Shown here: piece by piece, positions 51,121 through 63,734 of the stretch | How the letters are laid out: each line of letters opens with the position of its first letter | Position numbering within the stretch: position 1 is the stretch's first letter | From: Camelus ferus | Lineage: Eukaryota | Direction: 5' to 3' | Assembly (NCBI RefSeq): GCF_009834535.1 | Contig: NC_045697.1 | Span: 92,382,001 to 92,446,000 of the forward strand | Length of the DNA: 64,000 bases | Translations under genes and position numbers: made by a program | The notes under the pieces: generated by a model | Database searches by the model: none | The model's input: only the letters and a program-made list of their open reading frames with translations | Told to the model about the DNA's origin: nothing

Positions 51121-52892
51121 TTGTGCCTTATTTAAATCTCATATCATTTTTTTGGAGCAGATAAACAAGGATGCTTTAAATAATCTTTTTTTTTTTTATG
51201 GTGAAACTATAAGCTATACTAAATTATTCATATCCTTTTAGATTGTTATAAATGTTGAAGAAATCTGACAGTTGAGCAATTTTCCAATTAATGCAATCAA
51301 TATCTAAACTAAATCTGTAAAGAAACATTAAAATCCTTCAAAGTTAGAATTGATATGGATAATTGATTTAATTTTTCATTTTAACCCTTAGAAGCAGCCT
51401 AAATCAAGGTTTAATTTATAAATTGAATTTTCTCAAAATATAGATACCTGAGGTTAGGTTTTATATTTCATTCCATAGCTCTTTCTCACAGCTTCTTAAA
51501 TTTGTTGTCTTTCTTGATTCATTTTGATTTTCAAACCTGGGGTTGATTTACTTCAATGTGTTCTCAAAGAGCATGGAAAGGATAAATAGTTTTCTTTTAA
51601 CTTTTATTCATTATGGGCAGTTGAAACTAAGTAATCAGTCAATTGCTACCTGATCCATGACCACCAACACTGATTGGCTTCTATCTTTTAGAGAGAGGGG
51701 AGGAAAGAAAACTCTAAAAGGTTTTGATGAGCTGGTTTAGAGAAAAATTGTTGGGGTTGATAGGTCGTATTTCTCCACTCAGCCCAGGCACACATGCCTT
51801 TGTGACTTTGGGGGAGATGAGAATCATCACTAGTGCAGAGCTTACCCAGAAATCATTAATGAAAAGAGAGAAGTTTTTGATAAAGAAAAGTATAAATACT
51901 GTTAGTGGTGCATTCTATTCAGTTACGTATACTTTTGTCTGTCCCTTATTTGAGACATATTGAAATATCTGTGGGGGAGGAGACAAGGTGAACATAATGT
52001 TTCTGAGAGAGAGAAGCCTGAGAGAATGGAAGTACGTGTTCTCTGCCCCCAGTTTTTACCTTGGATTTGAGGGACCACAAGTCCTGAGAAGTAAGAGCAG
52101 AGTGAAAAAAGGTAGGCAAGGAGGAGGCAAAAACCTCTTCTTTGAGGTTTTGGAACAAGAATGAAGAGTTATAGTGAGGTGCACACATTTTAATCAGCTA
52201 ATCTATGACTCCTGTACAGGAAATTGAAGGAAACAAAATGGGGATCTATATTGAGAGGTTTGTTTCTAACTTAATTCTGACTTAAACTTGAATGGGCAAA
52301 CTCTGGAGGGATATTGAGGATTTGGGAAACATTTCTTACCTTCTGATGCGCAGGATTCCCATGAGACTAAGTTCACATTGTGCTTATCTGCTGCATTTTT
52401 TCATAGGAAATCCACACAGACAGACATTCACATCATATTCATTCTAATTTTATCAAATAGCAATAAAAAGTATATGCTCTAAATACATTAAAATTCATTT
52501 TATTTTTAGGATTTAATACTGAAAGTTATACCTGTAGTTCTCTGGTATATCTGATGAAAAAGATGTATCTTCCTTATTTCCATTCATCCATTATTTCAGA
52601 ATTTTTGGGAAACTCCTGTGCAAGATATTTTTTAATATCCATTCATTCCAAATAGGGAGACTATAAATAAATTTAAGTGCATTGTTTAAAATTGTAGACA
52701 TCTATAGCCAATGTAGGTAAAAATCAGCTTTAAAGTGTAATAATTTTATTTTCTATCTTGCCAAATTTATCATCTGGACAATGAATTACCAGGTGTACAT
52801 GGAGGCCATTAATGACGCATTCATCTAATTTCTTTTTCCCTTGCAATCCAGCCTATGAAAAAATATAATTCTGGTTGCTCTTCTGTTTGCAG

Positions 52893-52955
52893 CTGTACTG
52901 AGATTGATTACTGGAGCTCTCCCTTCCAGCTTCATTGCCACTGGCAGACCTGGAG
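52893..52955 (+). other. Candidate 63-nt cassette exon (alternative upstream acceptor at 52852) of an unidentified gene
   Basis: 'ctcttctgtttgcag|CTGTAC...CCTGGAG|gtgaga'. Length is divisible by 3, and it is open in phase 1 (xVLRLITGALPSSFIATGRPG) and phase 2. Flanks are non-repetitive. Confidence 0.5.
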
Positions 52956-53459
52956 GTGAGATCCCTTTTCAGTTCTTTGAAATGCTCTGATAGAATCTGC
53001 CTTCTGGTTTTATGTCCACAACCCCCTTTTCATGGCCACTTATTTCCTCTCGCTGCTGAATATTTCATTTTAAAAAGAATGGAAATGTGTGTGCTTTTAG
53101 CCTTATCTGGTTGAGTGTTCTCTGGCTATTCGTTTTGCAATAAAGCAGGCAGTAATGCACTCACTGGCAATAAAGAGGAGTGTTTTCCTTTCTTTTTCTG
53201 TCATCACTTCTGCTTATGTCTGTGAGTACTGAATGATCACTTTCCCTCACATTCTGTTTTATTAATGATTTTGTCTTATAAACATATATGTGTATAAATG
53301 GCAGGTATTAAATATGTATATACACAGAAATAAAAAGTATTTTTTAAGAGTAAATTCAGATCTCATTTTGCATGCTTTAAGAAATGTTCTATTAGGAAGT
53401 ATACTGATATTGCTCCATTCTTATCTCTGCAAGGGTGGTGAACAGAGGTCACATGCAGA

Positions 53460-53730
53460 GGTTATGAGCATGTGCTGGAACCTGGTTCTCTGGATTTTAT
53501 TCCAGGCTTTGCTACTTATTTGCCATGCAGCCTTGAGCCAGTTATTTCAGTCTTCTCTCTCTCCCAATTCCCTCATTTATAAAGCTGAGAAAAAGACCAG
53601 TATCAAAAGGTTAGTGTGAAGAGCAAATTAGGGAATTGAAGCGCTAAAGGTAATCCGTGACACCTGGTAGGTGTTAAATAGATGTCAGATGCTATGCCAA
53701 TAGTATTGACAAGATTCCAGCAAATAAATA
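53460..53730 (+). mobile_element. MIR SINE
   Basis: 'ttccaggctttgctacttatttgccatgcagccttgagccagttattt...ttccctcatttataaagctgag'. Confidence 0.75.
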
Positions 53731-53789
53731 GTAATATCTGAAAAATGGCTTAATGGCTTGATGTTCCCAAAAGAAATGTACCATCCATA

Positions 53790-53912
53790 AAGAGTATGTT
53801 TGTTTTGTTCACTCTTGTTTTTTGTGGCACCTGGAATGGTGCTTAGACATATAATTGATGTCCAGTATATATTTCTCAATACATTGAATTAAAGAATGAG
53901 TGAATGAATGAG
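53790..53912 (+). mobile_element. L2 3' end
   Basis: 'gttcactcttg...gcacctggaatggtgcttagacatata...gaatgagtgaatgaatga'. Confidence 0.7.
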
Positions 53913-55179
53913 GGATGATTATCTGAGTGTGTATGTGTATATAATTTATGTTTAGTAAATGTGGATAATTTATTGTTTTTAAGAACAATAAAGTCAATAG
54001 TATATTTATTAATTAATAATTGATTAGCGACTTGACATTAAAATTTGAGGATAGGCAATTTTGAGGAAAGAAAATTTAAAGACAGACAACTAAGTGTTGG
54101 TTAAGAAATCCAAACACCTAAGAGGGCTTTAGGATCTGAAGAGATGTAATACTGTGGAAAGGACACTGAAGCCAGGCAAGGCCTGGAATCCTGCTCTGAG
54201 CTCTGCTGTGAAATCCTCCTTAATGCAAAACAGCTCTGAAAGTCTGTTTTCTCTTATATAATCTGCTGGTTTCACGGGTTACTGAAGTAAATACAAATTG
54301 TGGTATTCTGTTAATTTCTGATAAACTGGAATGAAATAACTCCTTTTTCTTCCACACTTATGCTGCTTGCCAACACATGTACTGTGCCCCTCCCCTCCCT
54401 GAAAGTCTCATAAGATTGCTTACATCATGTATCAGCTGGGCTTATCCACCTGGTAAGATCTAGGTTAAGATAGACTTGAATTCCTATTCCATGCTCTTTT
54501 CTATAGAGAAGCCTAAAGTCCTTCCTATAAATTCTACAAATTCCTCAAACTGTCCTGCTTTTTCAGTTACTTCTTGCTGTTTCTGCATTCTTGTCTCCAC
54601 ACATCCATCTGGCAGCTGTTGCTTTATCTACAGTGTCAGCCTCAATGTGGTGTCAGCTCCTGTCTTTGAATTCCCCCCAAAAGTTTAAACATGTGAGACT
54701 TTTGTGAGATTGTTCAAAATTTTAAAGGAGTTAGAAGCAATGAGTTATAATAGGATCACAAGCAATTCAATGTTGAATATTTGATATTCTTGTGTTAAAA
54801 ACATGTTTTGTTTTGTTTTGTTTTAATGTGGCTTATTGACTGCCTCTCAGCTTTCCTGTTCTCCTCATCCCAAATCCCTTTTCTGTGGTAATGCCCATCA
54901 ATGTAGTTATTTCTTTGGAGTCTTCTCTCCTCCTACTCCATCCTCACAAGCCAGTTTCTTTCTGCTTGAAGCTCCTTATCAAGACGTTTTCCTGAAAAAT
55001 GACAATTTTTCTCCCTAAAATATTTTATTACTGACAATTTCGCACTTACAAAATTTGGTCAAGCATACTAAATTTTTTGTTCCAGTGAAACATGAGAAAA
55101 AGTAATGTGTTCAACCTCCTTGTTTTGCCTTAAAGTAAATTGCTGATTCCTTCTCCTTTACCTTTTCTCCTTCTTACAT

Positions 55180-55385
55180 TGACAGCTGAGATGGTCATCT
55201 GTCTCAGGAGTCATAAATAAAGACATACAAGACGGTAGAAGAATTTTGAACCCTGATGCTTTTGAAAAGCAGAACAGCATACTATATGAGCCTGGACTTG
55301 GGAGAAAGTAGGTTTCTACTTTAGTTGATCTCTTTTTAAGTTGAGTCTCTATTACATGCAGTGAACTTACGTCTTAATTAATAAA
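55180..55385 (+). mobile_element. MLT1J-like LTR 3' fragment
   Basis: 'ccctgatg...gcctggact...gttgagtctctattacatgcagtgaac...cttaattaata'. Confidence 0.5.
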
Positions 55386-56899
55386 TTAATCATTTTCCTG
55401 AGAGCAAGACATTTTAAACACAAAAACCAGGATGATATTTACAGGCTATTTGCTTTTGCAATTGCTAAATTCTTTCTTTTGGGCAGTTAGCCAAGAAATA
55501 CCAGTTGCTTGAGTAAATTTTATGAGTAGGGGACGGAGAAGACTAAGATAAGAAATAAAATTCCAAGAAGACACTTGTATATTTTATTTAAAATATGATA
55601 CTACCACGTTCCTATAGATGCCATGGAGCATCTATATTGAAATCTGAAAGGACTGCTACAGGCTCATCTGTAAGAAGAAAGCAGCACAGACGTCTTTGCT
55701 TCAAGGTCTTTTTTTTTTTTTTTTTCTTTTTAACCTACATAATGCATCCCATTTAAAAATAAACTTCAAGAATTAATTGAGAAAATTAAAAGATGATGAA
55801 AAGGACAATTTTAAAACATTCTTATATTACACCAAAAAAATGTAGGAATATTGTACTCAATTTGGCTTCAGTTGTTAAGTTGCATTTTAAAAAAGGATAC
55901 TATCTCCTGAACCAGGTAGGACCAAATTTGCACATTAATTTATTCACCCTTCCTTTTATAGAAGCCCAACAATATAGTTCTTGCTACCATCATCTAAAAA
56001 AAGCAAGATTATAGCCACATCCTTGAAATTCCAGAACATTCAGGGTTATTCAGTGATGAGCTATTTACTAAGGAATGATGAATACAGAATAGCATGAGAG
56101 GCAGTGAACAGTGGGACTGGTAATCTTTTGTGTGCAACAATATTTTATTTGAAAATTATAATTAATCTTTCTAGGTTAGCAGGCTAACCATATAGTTAAA
56201 GCAGGAGATACTTGAAAGAGCCTTGCATGTCAATCAAGTATGATTGATAACCAAACATCATAAGTGAACAATGGGTTGTACATATCAACCTGCTCAACTG
56301 AAGTAGATCTGGGAAGATAAAGGTGACATTTATGTGGGCAGGGAGAAGGGTTGTTACACTTCAGGCATCATGTCTTGCCAAATGTGTGTCATGGAACATG
56401 CTCTTGTTATTCAAAAAGGAAAATAAAAATCGTGCCATCGAAGACATTAGTTCTAAGATGTTTGATTTCACTTGGCAGTGAAATATTAAGAAATGCTTTA
56501 AAAATGGAAGAGGGAATGATAAGGAACAATTTGGAGTAACAGCTACCCAGATCTGCAGAAAGTATAAAGCTGATTGACATGTAACGTTGTAGTAATCATG
56601 GGAATTGGGGAGTACGGACCTGAATGTCATGAATAGCCACTCCCCTCTATTTTTCTTGGTGTGCTTTGAGGAATAGTCGGTGAAGAAGGTGGTGACAGAG
56701 AGGAATACTTTCGGGAGGAACAGGTGGTCTACCAAATTGTTGATAAGATTTACCTTCGGCTGTCACATTTAGTATGTTTTAAGAAAAAACATGTACTCAC
56801 TTCAAATTTTGAATATGCTGCTTTAGTAAGGCAGTTAAGGAAATTTAAAGAGGTAAGTTGAATATTAAAAATAGGCAAAATATTATAACTTCTATAGAT

Positions 56900-57800
56900 A
56901 AAGAAAATAAAGACATAAGGAAATAATATACTGAGATGAACTTAAAAAGCTAGGTAACTATGGTGAAATGAGACCAAAGGAAACCCAAAATTTAAATTCA
57001 TAATTAAAATTGATTCTGAAATAATATCAAGCAGAGTCAACCCTTTCAAAATAATTAGTGCCTTGGAGAACAAACTTGAAAATAATTCAGGATACAAGAG
57101 AGTGAAAATAAAATGAAGAATGATCACTAAAGACAAGGTCAAAGAACAGATATCCAGTAAAGGGTTAGAGTTGTGAATAAACAAAAGGTAGAAGTAATAG
57201 AAATAGCTATTAACAGAAAATCACAGTAATAGAACATAAATAGCAAATCAAGATATAGACAAAAATTTTCTAAACTAGAAATTATGTATGTATATGCATG
57301 TATCTATAATCTATAATATGTAATGAATTACATATAATTGAAATATTAATTTAATATGCACACAACCAAATAGCAAAATTTAAAGAAAAGCAAAACAATT
57401 ATACAAAAAATTTACCTTATGTTAAAATGCAATCTGAGAAATATACTTAATTTTAACAATAAAGAACCCTAACAACATTTAAATATACAGTTTTAATTTA
57501 CAAAAGAATCAAAAGTTTTCTACAGTATTAAATATCAAGGCACAACAGAACAGTAGCAACAGAGTATGGAGAGAAGAACTTGGGGCTCAAGATATCTAGA
57601 ATGAGCACATGGAACTTCCATTGCAAGCTAATTCAAAGTCACTCTCAGATATACAGAGGTCAGGTAATATTTATTCGTTCTTCTTGAGGAAGTTCCTGAA
57701 AATCAGTATTTTAGGAATGGCAAAATAAAAATAGACTGTGATAGGTGAGTAGTAACAATCAAATATTAAGTATAAGAGTTTAAAATGTTTACATTAACTG
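56900..57800 (+). mobile_element. Ancient L1ME/HAL1-like ORF1 remnant
   Basis: A-rich strand bias, 'aattagtgccttggagaacaaacttgaaaataattc', 'aaaattttctaaactaga'. Confidence 0.5.
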
Positions 57801-57909
57801 CAAATTACATCTGTTATTCAAAGTTTAATGATAGGATAAGAGAAAATGATAAAAATACATTAAGTGAATGACCCATAGTTGACTTGATGACATTTGAGCA
57901 TGTTTATGT

Positions 57910-58233
57910 AGAAAAGAGAGCATGGGCAGAGGGCAGGGGAGGATTTGGAGAAGTTGAAGACAAGTTGTGTGGGGAACTAGAGGAACTCTGGGCTGGGCCA
58001 CCACCCGACTTACCCAGGTAAGCGAGCAGACCAGAGACAAGTGTGTGAGCTGCGGCAGTGCCCACCCTACACCCAACTTCGGGACATAAAAATGACTACT
58101 CCTTCATTTCTACCTTTCCAATCTCATGCAAGTTTCTCTTGTGAGCTTCTCTAACTTGGAACAATACCAGGAAGGTAATTTTTCAAAAAATACTTGCAGC
58201 TTAGCTAAATTGACACAGAATAAAACAACTATA
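57910..58233 (-). mobile_element. ERVL LTR (LTR33-like), 3' LTR of the adjacent provirus remnant
   Basis: 'ttccaatctcatgcaagtttctctt...ctaacttggaacaataccaggaaggtaatt...gcttagctaaattgacaca'. Confidence 0.65.
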
Positions 58234-61200
58234 GTTCATACATACACATCTGTTTTTTAAAAATTTTAATCATAGTTAACTTTCAAATAAAGAGAATGGC
58301 AAGTTTCACCTTACGTGATAGAAATTACCCATGTATAGACAAAAGCATGCCAACCTCCAGTGAAAGAACATACAATATCCCTTAATCCATCTTTGGTTGT
58401 TTATTTCTCTTCTAGCCTAATCACATTCAACTTGGTATGCTGTAGCATTAATATGGAAATTCAAAGTTAACTATCTTAGGTTTCTGGTAGGTAAATTGCT
58501 AATGGAAAGGGAAAAATGGAAACATTTGATTAATATATACTTAAATATATTCACATCAAAACAAGGACAAACTATTCATAATGATTACAATCTTAGTTTC
58601 TGCAGTCTATCAAGTCATTTCTGCAGGTGGTCATATGGCAAATCCACTATGAAGAGTTGCTATCCCTTCAGTACATAACTTCCTTCTTCTACTAGCCATT
58701 CCATTTTCCCATTGAACTCAGCAAACACCAGGCTGTCTGTGTTTCCTTGCCTGTGGAGGGACCTGAAGGATCTGGGCTAAGATTCTCAGATATAATACAG
58801 GATACCCAGTTAAATTTGAATTTCGGTTTAGTAATTAGATTTTTATTATAAATATTTAGAAGATACTGCATGAGACATACATAAACTTTAAAAAAAATTA
58901 TTTATCTGAAATTAAATTTTAATTAGGAATCTTGCTATTTGCTAAATCTGACAACCATCACCTGGGCTATTTGTAGTTCTGCCTATATTACATTTATTAT
59001 ACTTTCTATTGGCTTTATCATAGAACACGGGGTACAAAGAAGTTCTCCAGGGGTTCTCTTGCAGTCCATCCTGTTTATATCCGTTGTGAGTTGACAACAC
59101 CCAGTTTTCCCTTGATAAATGGGATCAATTCCCTCCAGCCTTGATAGTAGGAGCCAGACCCTCTTCCTGGCTTGCTGATTCACTGACATGAGAATTTCAT
59201 TGTTTCCAAGTGGCAGTCTCAACTTCCAGTTTAATGGAACTACTTTTATTTTGCCTAATGGAAATATTCATTCTTTGGGAACTAAGAACTCTAGATGATC
59301 AGAATTTCAAATTGTAGGAACTAGAAACAAAAATTCACTAGTAGATCACAAATGGTAGTAGTGAGAGAAGCAAGTCATTATTTCCATCCCTGATTCCTAT
59401 ACTCACACACTTGGCTTTGGGACAAACAGGTCACCATGTATAAGTCACCAACATAGATAGTTACCACATTTTGAAAGACATTAATCAACACTACAAGTTA
59501 TTGCTGCCCAAATGGAATTGTAACTGTGTTATTAAAAGGCCATTCTATATTTCTATCAACCCATCTGCTTAAAAGTGACAGGAAACATGGTGAATTCTAT
59601 GAGCATGGGTCATAGGCACATTTAATTTGTCACAAAATGAATCTTTGGTGGAAAGCAATGCTGTGTGAAATAACATGGAGATGAGTAAGATATTTACATA
59701 CTGTGTTTTTTTGACAGAAGCACTGCAGGCAGGAAAGACAAATTCATAACCACAGAAATTGTCTATTCCAATAAGAAAAGGTATTACCCCTTCCATAATG
59801 GAAGAGGTCCAAGAAAATCAACATGCTACCAGGTGGTCGGCAGATCCCTCAAGGGAGTGGTGCCATATTGAGTGTTCAGTGTGGTTTTGCAGTTGGCGAT
59901 TTGGGCAGTAAGCAGCAATTCATCCTTGTGGATAACAGTCCATTTTGCTTAACCCTTGCAAAGCCTCTATCCCTTCTGTCATGGTTACTTTGTCCATGAA
60001 TTTATTAACTAAAGACTGAGGTGGCTGGAGAGAGAGGCTGACTGAAATCCACCTCACAATCTATCTAATCCATCTGCTTTTTAAGATCATCATTTGCTAA
60101 GGTCACTCTTTAATAAGCATTTATACGGAAGACAAATATTTTCACATTCTGGCCTCATTTGTTGAGGTCTATTTGCATACCTATTCCCTAGACTAACTTG
60201 TCTCCAATTATCCAATTATCCCAACTGTGTGCCTTCCAAGTCCCTGATCATCCTGCCAAAACATTAATGACAGTTCATGAATCAGGTCTACAGCTCCAGC
60301 TCTCTCCATTTTGAAGGGAAAATGGGCACTCAGTTACATTGCTTGAAGTTCTGTCCATTGACAAGATTTCACTTCACTACTGTCTTTCAGGCCACTACAG
60401 TTGTCACAGAGTGGGGCCATAACTTTATACCTATCCACTCAAGTGGTGAAAGCATATCTGGCAGAACCATTTGCAAATCATATATGAACGTTTTTTTTCT
60501 CAAACAACTGGTAATAGAGAATTGCCCAGGAGACCATATGGGTTGTCTGAGAGAGAAGGCAATGGAACAGAAAATAGGATTCATTGGCTTCTGGGCCACC
60601 TACTCATTAAACATATTTGTATATTCAGGACCTGCTTGAGTCTGCTCTCATATTCCATTTAAAGATGAAGTGCAGTTGTGTAGGACAAATGAATGGCTTA
60701 ACTGTAAATTCCGTTATGGCTATTTGGTGGCTCAGTGCTCGTGGTCTGTGTTAGAGCTTAATAGGAACCCCAAAGCTATTTTTCAGAAGGAGAATAATTA
60801 TCTGGGGCTAGCATGGTTCCAGTCCAAATTGTATAGGTCTGTGCTTTAATTTACCTATGAGGGTCTGCCATACACATTCCTATCTTCTATCAACATTTAG
60901 AGCACCATGAGATATTATGATTATAAAACTCAAAGGAAGGTCAGCTTTTATGGCATTACGAATTTGTTGAAAACCTTTCTCTTGTTTTAGGCTCCATGAA
61001 AAACTGTACCCTTACATTACTCAGTAACTGAGTAAGAGTAGTACATCTAGATGAGGAATATATTGTTTCCAAATTCCAAAAAAAAAAAAAGACTACTAGT
61101 CATTATGCTTCTTTCATAGTTCTAAGAAGGGCCAGATGCAGCTATTTTTCCTTTACCTTAGATTATATTGACAGATCTCAGATCACTGAACCTCTAGAAG

Positions 61201-61900
61201 TTTTACTGAAGTGGTAGACACCTGAATTTTTATGGGATTTGTTTTCTACCATTTGGCTCACATACATATCACCAAAGTGTCTAAAGTAGTTGCTTCTTCC
61301 TGCTCACCAGATATAATTGCATAAAAAGATCAAGATAACAGAGCAGTGTGATGTCTTGTGGAAGGGAAAGGTGATCAACTCCTTGCAGCCTAGGTTATGG
61401 CGTGGAGGTGGGGAGTTAAAGATGGCCTTGAAGTAAGACTGTGAAGATATATTGTTGGCCATGCTGGTTGAAAGAAAACAATTTTCAGAGGGTCTTTTTT
61501 AAATAAATATAGAAGAAAATGGCTTGACCAGATCAAGAGCAGTGTACCAGATTATGCACACGCACACACATACATACATACATATACCCAGAATGTTCAG
61601 TGCCCACAACCGGAACAACAGCACACAATCATATTGTTAAGTTCTGATAATCTACTGCCCTTCTCCAAATTGTTCTGTCTTCTGCACAAGCCAAATAGGC
61701 AAGTGGATGGCCATATGGTGGTAATCAACACCCTTGCATGTGTCAAGCCCTAGCTGATGGCACAGATCTCTGATAACCATCTAGGGATGCAACATTACTT
61801 TTAGTTTACTATTTTGATAAATAAAGGCTTTCACTTGGCCTTTCCTGCCATAACAGTCCTTATACCATGGGTCATCTGACTACTGTAGGAATTCTTCCGT
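58234..61900 (-). mobile_element. Decayed ERVL internal region (pol: RT, RNase H, integrase, then dUTPase; no env)
   Basis: Minus-strand fragments: integrase 'FLIGIDNFCGYEFVFPACSAS' (59569-59796), dUTPase 'RLPLG...LMSVNQQARK...GIDPIYQG' (58983-59222), RNase H-like region ~60100-60600 and RT-like region ~61000-61800. All are disrupted. Confidence 0.85.
58777..58958. mobile_element. MER53 palindromic hAT MITE nested in the ERVL
   Basis: 'cagatataatacaggatacccagttaaatttgaatttc...tttatctgaaattaaatttt...atttgctaaatctgacaacc'. Confidence 0.85.
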
Positions 61901-62659
61901 TTGTTAAATTTGTCTCTTTCAACTAAGGGTCCTAAATTTTAGGAAATAAAACACACCAACCATGGACAATAATAATTACCCAGAAAATACAGATAATGTA
62001 TACATTTTCTTTCCTTCTGTTCTTCCATTCTCTAAGCTACTTTAAACTATCAAAGGAAAGAATTTTATGTCCTGATTATTAAGAGGTATAACAATATTAA
62101 TGAGTATGTTAAATATGCAAACAAAACATATTGAATTTTACATAAGCCATTTGTCAAGCTCCTGACTTAAAATTTTTATCTGCTTATTGACACGGTCTTA
62201 CAAATGGCATGCTAGGAATTTATAGTGATACTATTTTTAACTGATATTTGAGCATCACATAGAATTCAACTGTTTTTTTTTTTTATTTTGAGTTCTAAGC
62301 TGACCATAGACTTTAATTTTTGTTCTAAAATACTATTGTTAGTTAATTTAAAGTTCTTTCCTCATCATTGCTAACTGCTCTAGTCTGACATCCATTCTCC
62401 AAATGAAATGTGACTTTGATGGATAAACTCAATTAAAGCTAAGGCATTAGATAAGTTAAGCAGAGAATTGGACTGATCTTTACCAATCTACCTTTAAAAA
62501 TACATTAAGCATTTCAAAATGAAACAGTCATAAATTATACTGAAAATATATGTTAGTAAAATTGGATTGAAATTCAAATAGTTACTCTATGTAAATTTCT
62601 ATTGCTTAGAAAGTAACATTCTTTTCCTCCCTTAGTATTGTCTCTTATAGAGATTTTTA

Positions 62660-62740
62660 GATATCTATATAAAATACATATTTATATATATTTATATATA
62701 TATATTTTTATATATCTATATATTTTTGTATATCTATAAG
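62660..62740. repeat. Degenerate (TA)n low-complexity tract
   Basis: Directly visible. Confidence 0.8.
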
Positions 62741-63324
62741 ATAAATAAAATTAGGGAAATACCTGTTGTCTTTTACTTTCTTAAAAGTTTCTGTCTCTTT
62801 TATGATATTTTAGCTTGTTAAAATGTCTAGTTTTAAGACTAACAATATAGATTTTGTCATAATCTGAGAACCATTACAAATAATTATATTTAATTCTCTT
62901 TAATACTTTTAAAATGACCTGGTGGATGACTTGCCTATGAAAACCTCTAATACTACCATTGATGTCTCACTCATATATTTAATCATTAACATAAAATCTG
63001 TACCTTCTCTATAATAGAAGAAACTGGGCTTGGTTGTATAGGTAAATAAAACATGTAGAGAGAGAAATGTAAAGAAATAATTTGGTTCTATGTGATAAAT
63101 CCTTTACTAGACATATATACAAGATGCATAAGAAATACGAAGACAAAAGCATCTAACATATAAGGAAATAGAGGAAATCACTAAACTACACAATTTTCAA
63201 TTTAGAAGAACCTTTAGTATTAACATTTAATTATATTTTGAGGTAGAAATAATGAAGAGGATTTGATTTTTCCCCAGCACCAATATAACCAAGGAGACAA
63301 TCTCTGTAGTAATTAAGAATTTAT

Positions 63325-63580
63325 ATTTGAGAATCTGACAAACCTGGATTCAAATCTAGGAATTGTATATTGGGATTACTGTACATGTGAGCTTTGGATT
63401 CAGTTTCTTTATCTGCCAAATGGGGACAAGAATAATTAACTACCTTATAGAGTTCTGGTGTAAGCATTAAATGAGTTAACACATTTAACAGAGGACCTAT
63501 CACACTACCTATAGGGCTGTCAGAATTAAATAAGTTAATAATTGTCAGGCACTTAAAATAATGTCTTATGAGGGTCTATA
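63325..63580 (+). mobile_element. MIR SINE with repeated core tail
   Basis: 'gacaaacctggattcaaatct...cagtttctttatctgccaaatgggga...attaaatgagttaa', with the tail repeated as 'attaaataagttaa'. Confidence 0.75.
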
Positions 63581-63734
63581 TAAACTGAAGCTTTTCCTAG
63601 TATTTTCCTTACTGTAAGTGTTGAGATTATACTTTTTAATACTATAATCTATATGTTTTATTTCCATTCACTGGCTTAGAGAAGAGTATTAGGACAGAAG
63701 ATGTTTTAAAATCTTTTTGAACTTAAAATGTCTG

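Noticed and set aside
51690..52380. Possible ancient LTR
   Set aside because: It is purine-rich and LTR-like in feel, but I could not confirm termini, a TSD or a family motif by eye.
58983..60662. Functional dUTPase or integrase gene
   Set aside because: These are short, frameshifted ERVL remnants with no continuous frame.
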